A stretch of 64,000 nucleotides of DNA from Lama guanicoe (lineage: Eukaryota), in contig MU056050.1 in NCBI GenBank assembly GCA_013239625.1, forward strand, positions 1,908,084 to 1,972,083, in the 5' to 3' direction. Shown piece after piece: positions 53,065 through 64,000 of this stretch; within the stretch, counting starts at the first letter, position 1; each line of letters opens with the position of its first letter. Both the position numbers and the translations under genes were made by a program. The notes below the pieces were generated by a model. The model was not told the DNA's origin, did no database searches, and saw only the letters and a program-made list of their open reading frames with translations.

Positions 53065-54770
53065 CTAGGATATAAAGCTTAAATCCTTCTTCCTTTGATT
53101 TCCTCAACAGAATGGGGGACAGAATGCAAAGACCTTCAGATACATGTGTCATTCTCTTCCTACCTTCCCAAAGCCCCCTGCTCTTACCATTCCCTGTTTA
53201 GAATGTATTTTGTTGTGTGTGCACAGCACATGCACACGTGTTGCATGTGATGGGCATGAGGCAGTCTGAAAAGGCAGGAGAAAACCTGTTCAGATTGATC
53301 TTGTATTCTTCCTTTTTCTCAATTATACTTAAACCAGTGGGGTTTTTTTGTTTGCTTTGTTTTTTTGTTTGTTTTCTGGGGTTTTTTTTTTTAACTCAAG
53401 GGCTAAAAATTTACCACCTTCATTTTTAGAGCTTATCCTAATAACTATCTCTATAAATTCTTAATCTTTAAACATGGGAGCAGTTTATGGATGCACAGAT
53501 TCTGGTAAGAGACTTAGTTTCCCCTCTGAATTCTGCCACAACAAAAGCAGAACCTCCACAGAGCTTAGATGAGTCTTACAATGGCCTTACATGATTTGGT
53601 TGCGGGTAGGAGGGAGTAGCAGTGGGAAAAACACCTATGTTGAGGAGTCCAAATGCAATGATTTACCAGGGAAAAAAATGTAAAGGCATAATATCTTGGA
53701 GTATTAACGGATGGGTTTTCATTTTCTTTTTATCCCTCATTACCGCTCAACATTTCCCATTAAAATTGGACCTTGAGGCCAAGACTTATTACCTTAGGCA
53801 AGGGCCCAATGCATAAAACAAAGAGTCACATTCTTGGGGTTTACTCTGAAATTAGACCTCAGAAACACTTGGCAGAGCCACTGTCTCAATAGATAAAGCT
53901 GTGGATTACAAAATCCAAGATTTTTGAGAGAGAAAAGTGTTTTGAGTTTCAAAAGTTTAAAGACTTAGAGCACAAAGGTTATCTTATAAACAAGAGCACT
54001 GGGAAGAATTTATGATGAAAGAAGAGCGTATTTTCCCCATCCAAGATGAAATTAAGTTATATTGACTGAGGAAGGGAAGAGAGTTCAGACTAGTTTCTGG
54101 GAAGAGGGGTGATGGAAACCCAAGAAATTTTGGAGGAATATTGAGAATAGAGAGCTGTGCTTCACTTCCCTGATGAAGCTCAAGAAGGCAGCAAGCCTTG
54201 CAAAAATGGTGTCTAGACACATCTAGATAGAGAGGACCAGTAAGTCTTCCTAATCTAAGATCCCAGAAGGTGATGGGAAGATATGCCAAAGTTATCTGTG
54301 CCTTCAAGAGGACTACAAATGGCTGAGAGATGTGTAGAGGCCTCATAATTTTAACAAGGAAACAATAACAATGAATTCTACCTCAACAGTGCAATAGGTA
54401 GGTCTGTAGGACTGTGGATATTAGGAGACATTGCAGTAGGGGTAAAGACCAATAGCCCAAACAGAATAGGAGCTAAACCCCCCTCCCTCAGACACCAAAA
54501 ACAAGCAGAAAAGGATCGTGGACAAAATACCCTGCCTTATACTTTGGTACTTAGATGCTACCCCATAGAATAAGAAGGGAGAAGAGGAAAACTTTGATTT
54601 GTACTGAGTTTTTACTTGAAAAAAATCACAAATTTGACTAAGAGTAACTTCAATTGTCAACAATAAGATTTCTGAGACTGAATAGAATATGGGCTTCAAA
54701 CAATATTGGAGGGGAGGAGAATCACATCTTTCCAAATTTAAATTGGACTATGAAAATCATACCTACAGTG

Positions 54771-55257
54771 TGTATTAGTTCTCTATTGCTGCTGTAGTAA
54801 ATCCCCACAAATTTCCTGGCTTAAAATAACACAAATTTATCATCTTATAGTTCTGGAAGTCAGAAGTTCTAAAATCAAGGTGTCAACAGGGCTATTCTGG
54901 AAAAGAATCTGCTTGCTTGGCTTGTTCAGATTCTAGAGACCAGTTTTGGTCCCTGGCTCATAGCTTCTTCCTGCAGCTTCCAGCAGCAAAGCACCTTCAA
55001 CTCTCTTCTCTCCTCTCCTTCCATCATCACATGTCTCTTTTTGACTGACTCTCCATATTCCTGTTTCCCTTATAAGAATTCTCTTGATTACATTATATGT
55101 AATGGGCCCACCCATATAATCCAGGATAATCTCCCCAACTCAAGATCCTTAACTTAATCACATCAGCAAAGTCCCCTTTGCCATCTAAGGTAACATTTAC
55201 AGGTTTCAGAAAATAGGGTGTGGGTATATTTAAGGGGCCATTATTCTGGCCTATCAT
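54771..55257 (-). mobile_element. MaLR solo LTR (MLT1C/D-like)
   Basis: 'tgtattagttctctattgctgctg..gggcccacccatataatccaggataatctccc..ggggccattattctg'. Confidence 0.9.
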
Positions 55258-56839
55258 CTCACAGGATAATGTGAGCTATGACCCAACTCAGGAAGCCTCA
55301 CCCTTGTATAGATCACTTTTGGTAAGGACCCACAGAGCCAAAGGCCTAGGAACACAGTCTTCTACACAAAGCTAATGGTCAAGGCTGATCTTTGGCCATT
55401 ATGCACTAGTATGGCCCTACCAGATGTTCACAGCCATAAACTGTACTGATTGGTTGGTTCTTGTACTATATTTGTTAAATATTTTGACTATCACCCCTGG
55501 TGACAATGACAAGTTGAGAAGTGCCACCCTTATGGTGTGAGCAATTAGAGTGAATCCCTTGAGCAAGACAGCCTACAGAGCTAAGTGGGCTAAATAAGGC
55601 AGAGATTTAGATGATTAGCTGGGTGAAGGAGGTAAATAAAAATGATTGTTTTCTATACATATGTCCTGAATGCCATCCAAAACAGGGTGGTGTTTCCATT
55701 AATCAAAAACCATGTAGTACACATCTCCATGTCCTGTTCCCTATGATTTCTAAAGATGTAAGGTGACAAAATTCCCAGACCCCAAGGGACATATTTATTC
55801 ATTCAGTCATTCAACCATCTTTAGTAAGTATCTGCTCAATATCAAGACTTATTCTAGGTGCTGGAGATACAGTGGTGAATGGTCCCAGATAGTTTGGCAC
55901 ATTGTTCTCAAACTTCAGTGTGTATCAGAATTATTTAATAAAATACAGTTTTCAGGGTTGTGCTAAAAAGACAGGTTCCTGAGCACCCCCTGCCTGCAAG
56001 AATCTTTTTCAGAGGGTTTGGGGCAACTCAGGAATTTGCCTATTATAAATTATTGACAGTTGGAAGTGGGAATATTCTTGTGAAAAGGGCTCACTTACAG
56101 AGAGCAGCTCATCACAGTGGTAATGGCATGAAAGAATCCTCAAGGGTAATCACTTGCCATGTCTTCATTTCTGCAGACCCATCCTGTGAGTTGGGTCATA
56201 CAAATACAATGAGACTCAGTTTATACAGATGCTAACATGTCTACCATCCTCACTTGGAATTCCCATATGGTCATTTGTAAATTTTGATCAACACCATAAA
56301 TCTTAGTATCATTATCTGCTTACTTATTTTAATAACTCTTGGAGTAGTCTAGATCAGAAAGTAGTAAGTGACTAATCTCTGGATTAGAAGATTCTCCTCA
56401 TGGTTTTACTTAGAAGGCAGGCTGATCATTCTGGCTTTCAACTATTACATAAAAGACAGACTGTGCTCTATTGTTCTAGAGGTCTTATTTGTGTTGATGG
56501 TTAGGATACTCAGGAAGTTTGACATTTCTAGGTAAAACATGTTTCACTGACAGATTCTTCTAAGGGAAATTGGCACAGACACAACCCTTGTGAAGTTGAC
56601 AGTGAAACACATGATTTCACCTTCCTAGCTGTAATTGTTTAGAGATGGACACCAAAAGTCTAGGGCAGTTCAGCCATAGACTTAATAACTGACCTATGGC
56701 CTGACCAGGCATAAAGAGATCAGCCCTAAAAGAGGCGAGCTACACCAATAATTTCCTTTCTTGGTGTTTTTTTTTTTTTAAGTCATGGTGGGAAATTGCA
56801 AGTTAGATATAGGAACTGAGCTTAAAGGTTATTAACAAG

Positions 56840-57230
56840 GCAGATCTAGGTTTTGTGTAGCATATAAGCAAGCATACTATTGGGGTGGGGCAGAAGAACT
56901 TGAAGAAAAAGAACATGAAATTTAAAACTAGGCAGAAGGCCTTGGAAGGGACTGAGGAGCCATGAAGCTTAAGCTCTTTAAGTAGTGATGTACTAGGGGC
57001 AATCTATACCCATTTGTAAAAGACCGATGTTAAATTTTTCAGGAATTTTGCAAGCTCATTGATGTCATATTGGTAGCTTGAAATCAGCCGCGGTGGGAAC
57101 ATTCACACCTGAGAAATTGGCAAATGTGACAAACCAGGACAACTTCCCTCTCCTCCATCCCAAGAGCTACTTATTAAACATTTACCAGTATATTACTGCA
57201 TTAGCCTTTTGATAGGAAAGCCACTTCTAG
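56840..57230. mobile_element. MER53-like hAT element interrupted by a MER63A-like element (about 56983-57198)
   Basis: MER53-like 'cagatctaggttttgtg..ggccttggaaggg..gaagcttaagct | cattagcc'; insert 'gttaaatttttcaggaattttgcaagc..ggtagcttgaaatcagccgcggtggg..ttaaacatttaccagtatattactg'. Confidence 0.75.
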
Positions 57231-57689
57231 CCATTAGGGAAGATTTGGACAGTGGGACCAACCAAAGTAATTAGTAAGATGAGTAAGCAGAAGATGCCAG
57301 AAACGAGGAGAAAATAGACCAGATTCATGGAGAGGCAGAGAAATAATGAGAGACAACCCTTGCCTAAGAATGAACCCTCCTTTCTGGATGGTATTTTAGT
57401 TTAGTTACCAGTTCCAGTGAGGCCAGGCTACATTTCATTTTCTTTATTTGGATTTGAGTGACACCGTCCTTTATCCCTGAAATCACCCTCCCTTTACTTG
57501 AGTTAGCAATCAAAAGAGCTTTCAAACACAATATTAACAAGACTAAGAAAAATCAGGGATTCTTAGGAAATTGGCTAATAACTCAGACTAGAGCTCTTAT
57601 CCAGTCCAAGAGTCTTGCAAATATACTTCATGGGGTAGGAAATTATGGATGGCTCATAGCAAATGCACCTCTTTCTTAAAAATAAGTAT

Positions 57690-59720
57690 TTTGAATATGT
57701 GAAGTTTGAGGTGCCTATTAGATATTAAGATGGAGATTCCCACTTAACAGTTAAAAATTTTGAGTTTAGAGAAGTCAGAGTTGGAGATGCAAATCTAGGG
57801 GTCATTGGAGATACAGATTTGGGGGTCACTGGCATATAGGCAGTACTGAAAATCATGGGACGAGATAAAATCACTTAGAGGGAGAGCACAGAGAAGAAAA
57901 GGTGGGCCAGGGCTGAGTCCTGGGGCATTTCTACATTTAGAAATAGGGCAGAGGAAAGGAGCCAGCAAAGCAGATTAAGAATGAACAGCTACTCGTTATG
58001 AAAGAAATATGGTGTCCTAGAAACCAAAAAAAGAAGTTGTTTCAAGAATAAGGTAGTGGTCAATTGTGTCCGATGTTTATGAGATGTCTATTAAGAGGAG
58101 GAGCTTTAAAATGACCACTGGATTTGCAAACAGAAAAGTTATTACAGTATTAAAGATGGAAGCTTGATCGTGGTAGGCTGAAGAGAGAGGATGGGTCATA
58201 AGAAAATGGAGCCAAGAAATATGAACAAATCTTTTAAAGAAAGTTTTGTAATGAAGGGGATAAGAAAAATAGGGTGGTATCAAGAGGAAGGGATGTGAAA
58301 TCAAGGGAAATACAGGAACATGTTTATACAGACAGAGAGACTATCCCACAATAAAAGGAGAACAGATAATGCAGAGCAGTGAGAAGACATCAGGTGAAAA
58401 GTCCTTGAGAAATCAAGAGCAGAGCAGATCCAGAGCGTTAAGTGCAAGGATTGCTTTTGATAGAAACAAAGAATATACAAGTTAGACAGATTTCATAGTA
58501 TAAAGGTGAGGGAACTCCCATGTAACAGTGTGTTTCTTGCTGTGGGTGGAGTGTTTCAGAAGTTTCAGCAGAAGAAAATGAATGAAATGATTATTTCAAA
58601 GAGCAGAAAAATAAACGTGCAAAAACGTGCAAAGATCTGGCAGTTGTTCAGTTTGAGGACGTGAATTTAAAATGAAAACCATTAGCATGTGGATTTGTTT
58701 TCTACTGATACTGTTAACAAATTACTACAAAGTTAATGGTTTAAAACAACACAAATTTCTCTCACAGCTTGTAAATCAGAAGTCCAACCTGGGTCTCACT
58801 GGGTTAAAGTCAAGGTATCAGCAGACTGCTTTCCTTTCCGGAGGTTCTAGGGGAGAATCGTTTCCTTACCTTTTCCAGAATTCCTCGGGCCACTGACATT
58901 CCTTCATTCAGCCCTCTTCCTCCACCTTCAAATCCAGCAACAGCAAGAGTCCCTCATGATGTTGCATTTCTCTACTCTTCTTCCATGTTGGCGTTTCTCT
59001 CTAACAACAGCTGAGAGCGGTTCTCCACTTTTAAGGACTTGTGGAGTAAGATTGGGCCCACCTGGATGATCCAGGTTAACTTCCCCATCTTGCGAGATGT
59101 ATCACACCTGCACAGCCCTTTTGCCACGTAAAGTAACATTCACAGGTTATTGAGATTAGGGCACAGATATCTTTGAAGGGCCATTTTTCTGCAGAGCACA
59201 GAAAGATTGTGTATTTTTCCCAGTAGCGTCCAGCTGCTCGTGTGCAGGCCTGGAATAGGCAGAGAGTGGGATATTAACAGAGTTTGGGTTTTGTAAGCAA
59301 AGGACAGCTGAGGGAGAGATGGGCAAAAGCTGAAGGGGCATGCAAGGAAATGACTCTAATGTTGATTAAAATCATGTTTTTGGAGGTGGCTCTGTGTTTG
59401 GTAAGAACATTTGAAGGATAGGACCCTGAGATTGGGTTGATCAGGCAGGATAAAGAAAAAGATCCTTGGAGATGAGAAGGTCAAAGAAGTGAAGAGCCAG
59501 AGGATTTTGATGAATCTTCCATGTGAATGTTGAAGTCACCAAGAATGTTACCAGAATTAGGGAGGGAGAGGAAATAAGTGAACCAAGTACTAAAGTGTTT
59601 ACTGAATGAAAGGAAGTGACTGGTTTGGAGGATCACAAGGAGGTTAGCAGTTAGTAGATCAGGGTAGCATGACATTAAAGGGCCTGGGATATCTGAAGGA
59701 AAAAGAAGAAAAGGAAGCAA
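57690..59720 (-). mobile_element. long L2 LINE ORF remnant, split by an MLT1 LTR
   Basis: Minus-strand translation keeps the APE endonuclease motif ILGDFNIH (about 59520-59550) and a degraded LLDLSAAFDTVDH-like RT motif (LLIDIS*TSDTIDH, about 58055-58100). Confidence 0.85.
58688..59200 (-). mobile_element. MaLR solo LTR (MLT1D-like) nested in L2
   Basis: 'aacaaattactacaaagttaatggtttaaaacaacacaaattt..ggaggttctaggggagaatc..gggcccacctggatgatccagg..gggccatttttctg'. Confidence 0.88.
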
Positions 59721-61124
59721 GGAGGATAATTACGCCACCTGTACTGAGAACCAATCCTATAAACAGATGAGGAGTTCCTACCATACAAAGGGCAGAAGTA
59801 TGAAATGAGCCTACCTAAAACCTAGTATTTAGTATACTTTGGATGAGCCTCAAGAACCCACATATTAGAACTGCCAAAGTCCAGCCTCACTATCAATATT
59901 CAAGCAAATTCCATTTGACTTGAGCTTCAACCCCAGCCTTCACAAGGCCAAGTAGCCAGCTACATACTTCAACATTATATTCAGCATCTTTGAACTTGTA
60001 TAAGGTCATTAAACATGAATCTATGAAGTTATCATCACCTCTAATTGGCACACCAATGTCAGCAATAGAAATGAAGCACACCATTTGGATTTATTTTCAA
60101 TATCTGAATGTTCACTTACAAAATAGGTGAGCATTCTTGTTGAAATTTGGAGTAAAAATCTTCACCTGTGCTTTATATGTTGAAACTCATTAACCAGTTG
60201 AAGTATAAATATATATGTATTATTGCAATAATAAAGTGTTATAATAACTAATGAAGATTGTGAAAACTATTATATCAAAGCAGTTTTTAAAGATTCCCAA
60301 ATGGTTAAATCAATTGGGAAACACTGACAATTAATACAAATATTAAGATATCTTAAGATATCATAAAATATTAATTTATCTGCCTTAGCCAGATAAATTA
60401 GGAAGAATATTACATATTTTGAGCTACCAAATGTTTATAAATATTTATCATTATAAAGGCAAATAATTATATAACAACTATAAATATAATAATTATAAAA
60501 GCTGAATAATGGATATTATATTTTATTATAATTTTAATCATGATAAAATTACTTGGTGTACTAGCTAAATAAAATGATATTTAAAGCCTCTATTTGATTT
60601 ACAGTTATTTAATTCCATTTATTCCAAGAAAAATTAATAATTTAGGCATTATGCACATTTATGAGAACAAATAAAAAACAGAATGCCACTTTTGCCATCT
60701 CAAAATTTCATGAGGGAAAAAAAACTCCAAAATCACATACAAAACCTCCATGATAAATCATTTTGATCCAGACAGAATAAAGAATACAGAGTAAGAATAA
60801 AGAAGAAAGTCTTAGAGAAAAAAAAGTGTTACTGTATAAGTATCCTACTCTTTCATAAACCTCAGTTTAAAATGATCATCCATTTAGGATCACCAGTGTG
60901 CAGCAGAATGACTCCAGGAGTAACCAAGCATCAGACAGTAACAAGAAATTATTATTTCTACACTACAATATCAAACATTTTATCTGACTACCAAATGTAT
61001 AAAATAAAACTATAAAAATTAATTCTGGGGAGAAACTTTATACTTATGCTTATGTATACCACAAGTTTATTCTATTTTGGTGATACTTGGTTCTGATTAC
61101 ACTTTATACTGATCTTTTACTATT

Positions 61125-61980
61125 ATTTATTTTTTAAATTGAGGGATAATTCATGTGCCATAATATTCACTCTTAAGTTTTTTATTGACATGTAGTTGAC
61201 TTACAACGTTATTTTCAGGTGTACAGCAAAGTGATTCAGTTATACATGCATATGTATTTTTTTCTTTTCAGATTCTTTTCCATTATACGTTATTACAAGA
61301 AATTGAATCTAGTTCCCTGTGCTATACAGTAGGTTCACCCTTGTAAAATATACAAATCAGTGGTTTATAATACATTCACAAACTTTTGCAGCTGTCACCA
61401 TCACCTAATTCTGGAACACTTTCATGACTCCAAAAAGAAAACCCATTCACACTGGCATTCACTCTCCATCTCCCCCACCCTTAGCCCCTGGCAACCATTA
61501 ATTCATTTTCTATCTGTATGGACTTGCCTATTCTGAACATTTTATATAAATGAAATCAAACAATATGTGGCCTTTTGCATCTGGCTTCTTTCATTTAGCA
61601 TAATGTTTTCAAGATCCATATGTGTTTGTTATAGCATGTATCAGAACTTCATTCCTTTTTATTGCCAAATAATATTCCATTGCATAGATATACCAATGTC
61701 ATTTATCACCTGATGTACATTTGGATTGGTTCCACTTTGGCTCAGAGAAGTTAAATGAATTTGGAGCTAAAAAGAATAATGCTGCTGCATATAGTTGAGT
61801 ATAAGTTTTTGAGTGGACATGTGTTTTCATTTTTCTTGGATCTATACCTAGGAGTAGAATTGTTGGCTCATATGGCAACTCTTTGTTTAATATTGTGAGA
61901 AACTATCAAACTGTTTTCCCAAATGGCTGAACAATTTTACATTTCCACAGGAAATGCATGAGGGTTTGAATTCCCACTTC
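61125..61980 (-). mobile_element. L1MB-type 3' UTR/ORF2 end, interrupted by a younger L1 3' end (about 61177-61333)
   Basis: 'cccctggcaaccattattcattttctatctgtatggacttgcctattctg..ttcatttagcataatgttttcaag..cctaggagtagaattgttggctcatatgg'; inner element 'gtgtacagcaaagtgattcag..gttccctgtgctatacagtagg'. Confidence 0.9.
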
Positions 61981-62329
61981 TCATATCATGCCTTTTGGTA
62001 TGGGTAGCTACTGAGAGTAAACAGGATTTTGCCACCTCTCCTGGAATATTCTACTTATACTACTAGCCACCATTTTCTGGGGCCAGGTCCAATAGGTTCA
62101 GTGCCCATTAGGCCGAGTCCTATTTCCAATTCCCAGCTTACTGCTGTATACCTTCTGACAAACTTCTACTGAGACCCTCTATATCATATGATATATATAA
62201 CCTATATAATATGATATATTTTGGATCGCTTCATTATTCAGATTATAATTTCCTATAATTACTTGATGGAAATTCATCATCAGCATCATTTATTCTTGAG
62301 TAGCTCTTTAAAGTTCCTAAGACACAATG

Positions 62330-62480
62330 TTTCATTTATTTCTTACAATGTGACAATATCATTATTCTCATTTTAGAGTTAAGGAAACTAAAGCTCAGAG
62401 AAGTTAAATGACTTACCTAATGTCACAGAGAGCCAATTAGTGGTAAAACCAGGACCCAAACTTTAACTCCAAATCCTATT
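62330..62480 (-). mobile_element. MIR SINE
   Basis: 'attctcattttagagttaaggaaactaaagctcagagaagttaaatgacttacctaatgtcacag'. Confidence 0.8.
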
Positions 62481-63485
62481 CCAGTCCACTGATTACCTAA
62501 TACTACTTCTCTACCATAAAATTATTTGTATTAATTGTATTATGAGGACATTTTCCAAAATTATTTTTGACAGTTTCCAAGTTCTCCAAAAGCTTTAAAA
62601 TAATTTTTCTACCTTGTCTAAGATGTAGCATTGTCTGGTGTCCCTGGCTATCATCAAACTCATTCAATTAATTGTTCTGGAAGATTCAGTTTAGTCAATA
62701 TGTGGCAACAGACAATAGGGCAAAAGCCTAAAAATGTTAATTTTTATAATATCCAATAATTGGTACAGATTTCTCCATAAAACTTTAGTTCTTAGTCTTT
62801 TTGTTCAGTATTTGTAATATCTGCATTTACATCCTAATTGGTTCAAATTCAGACTCCTCAAGTTCAGTATTCAAATTGTCATCAAATACTTTCATCTTCA
62901 ACCCACTCTCAACCAAAATTTATTTGCCCATATGAGCAAACATGGGCCCTCAAGTTAAATAAGTTTCATCATTATCCTCCTTCTACATCATGCTCGCTAC
63001 CACCCACACAGTTTTGCTCATGCCATTCCCTCAACTGGAAATATCCTTCCTCTTTTCCCCCCGCAATAGAATATCTACCTCTCCTTAATGTCTAACTCAA
63101 ATCCCACCTTGTCCATACAGTTTTCCCCAACAACTGCAGACCTCAGTGGCCTCTATCCTTTGGATTCCGATTGCACCATAATAGGAAATAAAGAAAACAT
63201 CAATGGGCCTGCAATCCATCAGTTAGAAAGAAATATATTCCTAAGAAGTCCAAGTTTCAGTACCTCTGATAGTCTTGGTAACTTTAATTAAACCATCAAG
63301 ATAATTGCTTTATCTCCTAATGATAAAATGGAGAGTAATATAATCATTTACAATGAAAAATCTATTTGAAACCAAACTAACCAAAACCCTTAATTAAGTA
63401 GAATTCTTTTTTTTTTTTGCATACAATTTTTAAGATAATGAGGCAAAACAAACCAAAAAAAAAAGCTAATTTAATTTGTAATTAC

Positions 63486-63593
63486 CTTTCGGGAGTATCT
63501 TGGTCTTGGTAGATACTCAGCCTCACACTCAACATCTGTTCCATCCATTCTTGGAGAATGATCACTGATTCTAGAGATGATGAGCCTATGAAT
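63486..63593 (-). CDS. putative internal exon (108 nt, frame-preserving) of an unidentified minus-strand gene
   Basis: Acceptor 'catgtttacttttacag|ATTC' and donor 'GAAAG|gtaatt' in non-repeat sequence. Two frames are open: IHRLIISRISDHSPRMDGTDVECEAEYLPRPRYSRK or (x)FIGSSSLESVIILQEWMEQMLSVRLSIYQDQDTPE(R/S). Protein not recognised. Confidence 0.6.
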
Positions 63594-63899
63594 CTGTAAA
63601 AGTAAACATGTTGATTAGATTCTACTTGCTAAGCAGGGAAGTAGACTCAAATTTAAAAATTTCTCAGAACATGAGGAAAAACAAAATACGATTTCACTTC
63701 ACCAGGGCAATCAAGACAGACTATTTAAAAAAAAAAGTGTAAGCGTCTCAAAGACAATGACCAAGTCTTAATCTTCTTTGTCTACCTTGATATACAGTAG
63801 AATCTCAGTGAAGTTTTCCAAATGGATTAACTCACTAGAAATCCCCTACCCAGAGCTTTCCAATAGATCAATTTGAATGTTTCACTTAAAATTTCCTCA

Positions 63900-64000
63900 G
63901 AGAAGAGCCACATGGCAGAGTAGAAGGATGCTAGTAGCTCACCCTCTTCCATGAATACACCAAGACTGACAGCCACTAACCCACGCAGCCAATCAGAGCA
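63900..64000 (+). mobile_element. 5' UTR start of a LINE-1 that continues beyond the window
   Basis: 'gagccacatggcagagtagaagga..gctcaccctcttcc..caccaag' resembles the L1 5' terminus (AAGATGGCGGAGTAGAAGGAC.., CpG-decayed); preceded by a TT/AAAA-like endonuclease site (cacttaaaatttcc). Confidence 0.7.

Noticed and set aside
59893..60084. 63-aa minus-strand ORF (MVCFISIADIG..)
   Set aside because: No recognisable domain or convincing splice context; the length is expected by chance.
60826..60960. Possible C/D snoRNA, miRNA or exon (9-bp inverted repeat tgttactgt/acagtaaca; terminal CTGA on minus strand)
   Set aside because: No proper RUGAUGA box C, no extended stem, poor splice signals and stops in all frames.
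1..64000. Prokaryote-type systems (CRISPR arrays, operons, defence islands) or an intact endogenous viral gene
   Set aside because: No regularly spaced repeats, no long ORFs and no gag/pol/env or other viral motifs seen; all LTRs appear to be solo.

Overview
Mammalian genomic DNA: AT-rich, CpG-depleted and dominated by old transposable elements (L1, L2, MIR, MaLR/ERVL solo LTRs, hAT-type MER elements). The younger L1 3' ends look cetartiodactyl-like, and I saw no Bov-tA/BovB, PRE-1 or Alu, so a camelid-like origin is a tentative inference. No complete protein-coding gene, rRNA, tRNA or CRISPR array is visible, and nearly all ORF-track entries are repeat-derived or chance. The window most likely lies in long intron(s) of a minus-strand transcript. 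The best support is one well-formed 108-nt exon (63486-63593) whose product I cannot identify, plus several weaker exon candidates. I found no convincing new multi-gene system. The best observations are fine-scale: a 13-bp micro-inversion in L1 ORF2, a locally templated 19-bp insertion, a pre-miRNA/MITE-like hairpin, nested transposons with TSDs, the 5' end of a possibly full-length L1, and two candidate regulatory clusters. Repeat subfamily names come from remembered consensus sequences and boundaries are approximate; RepeatMasker/Dfam should confirm them.
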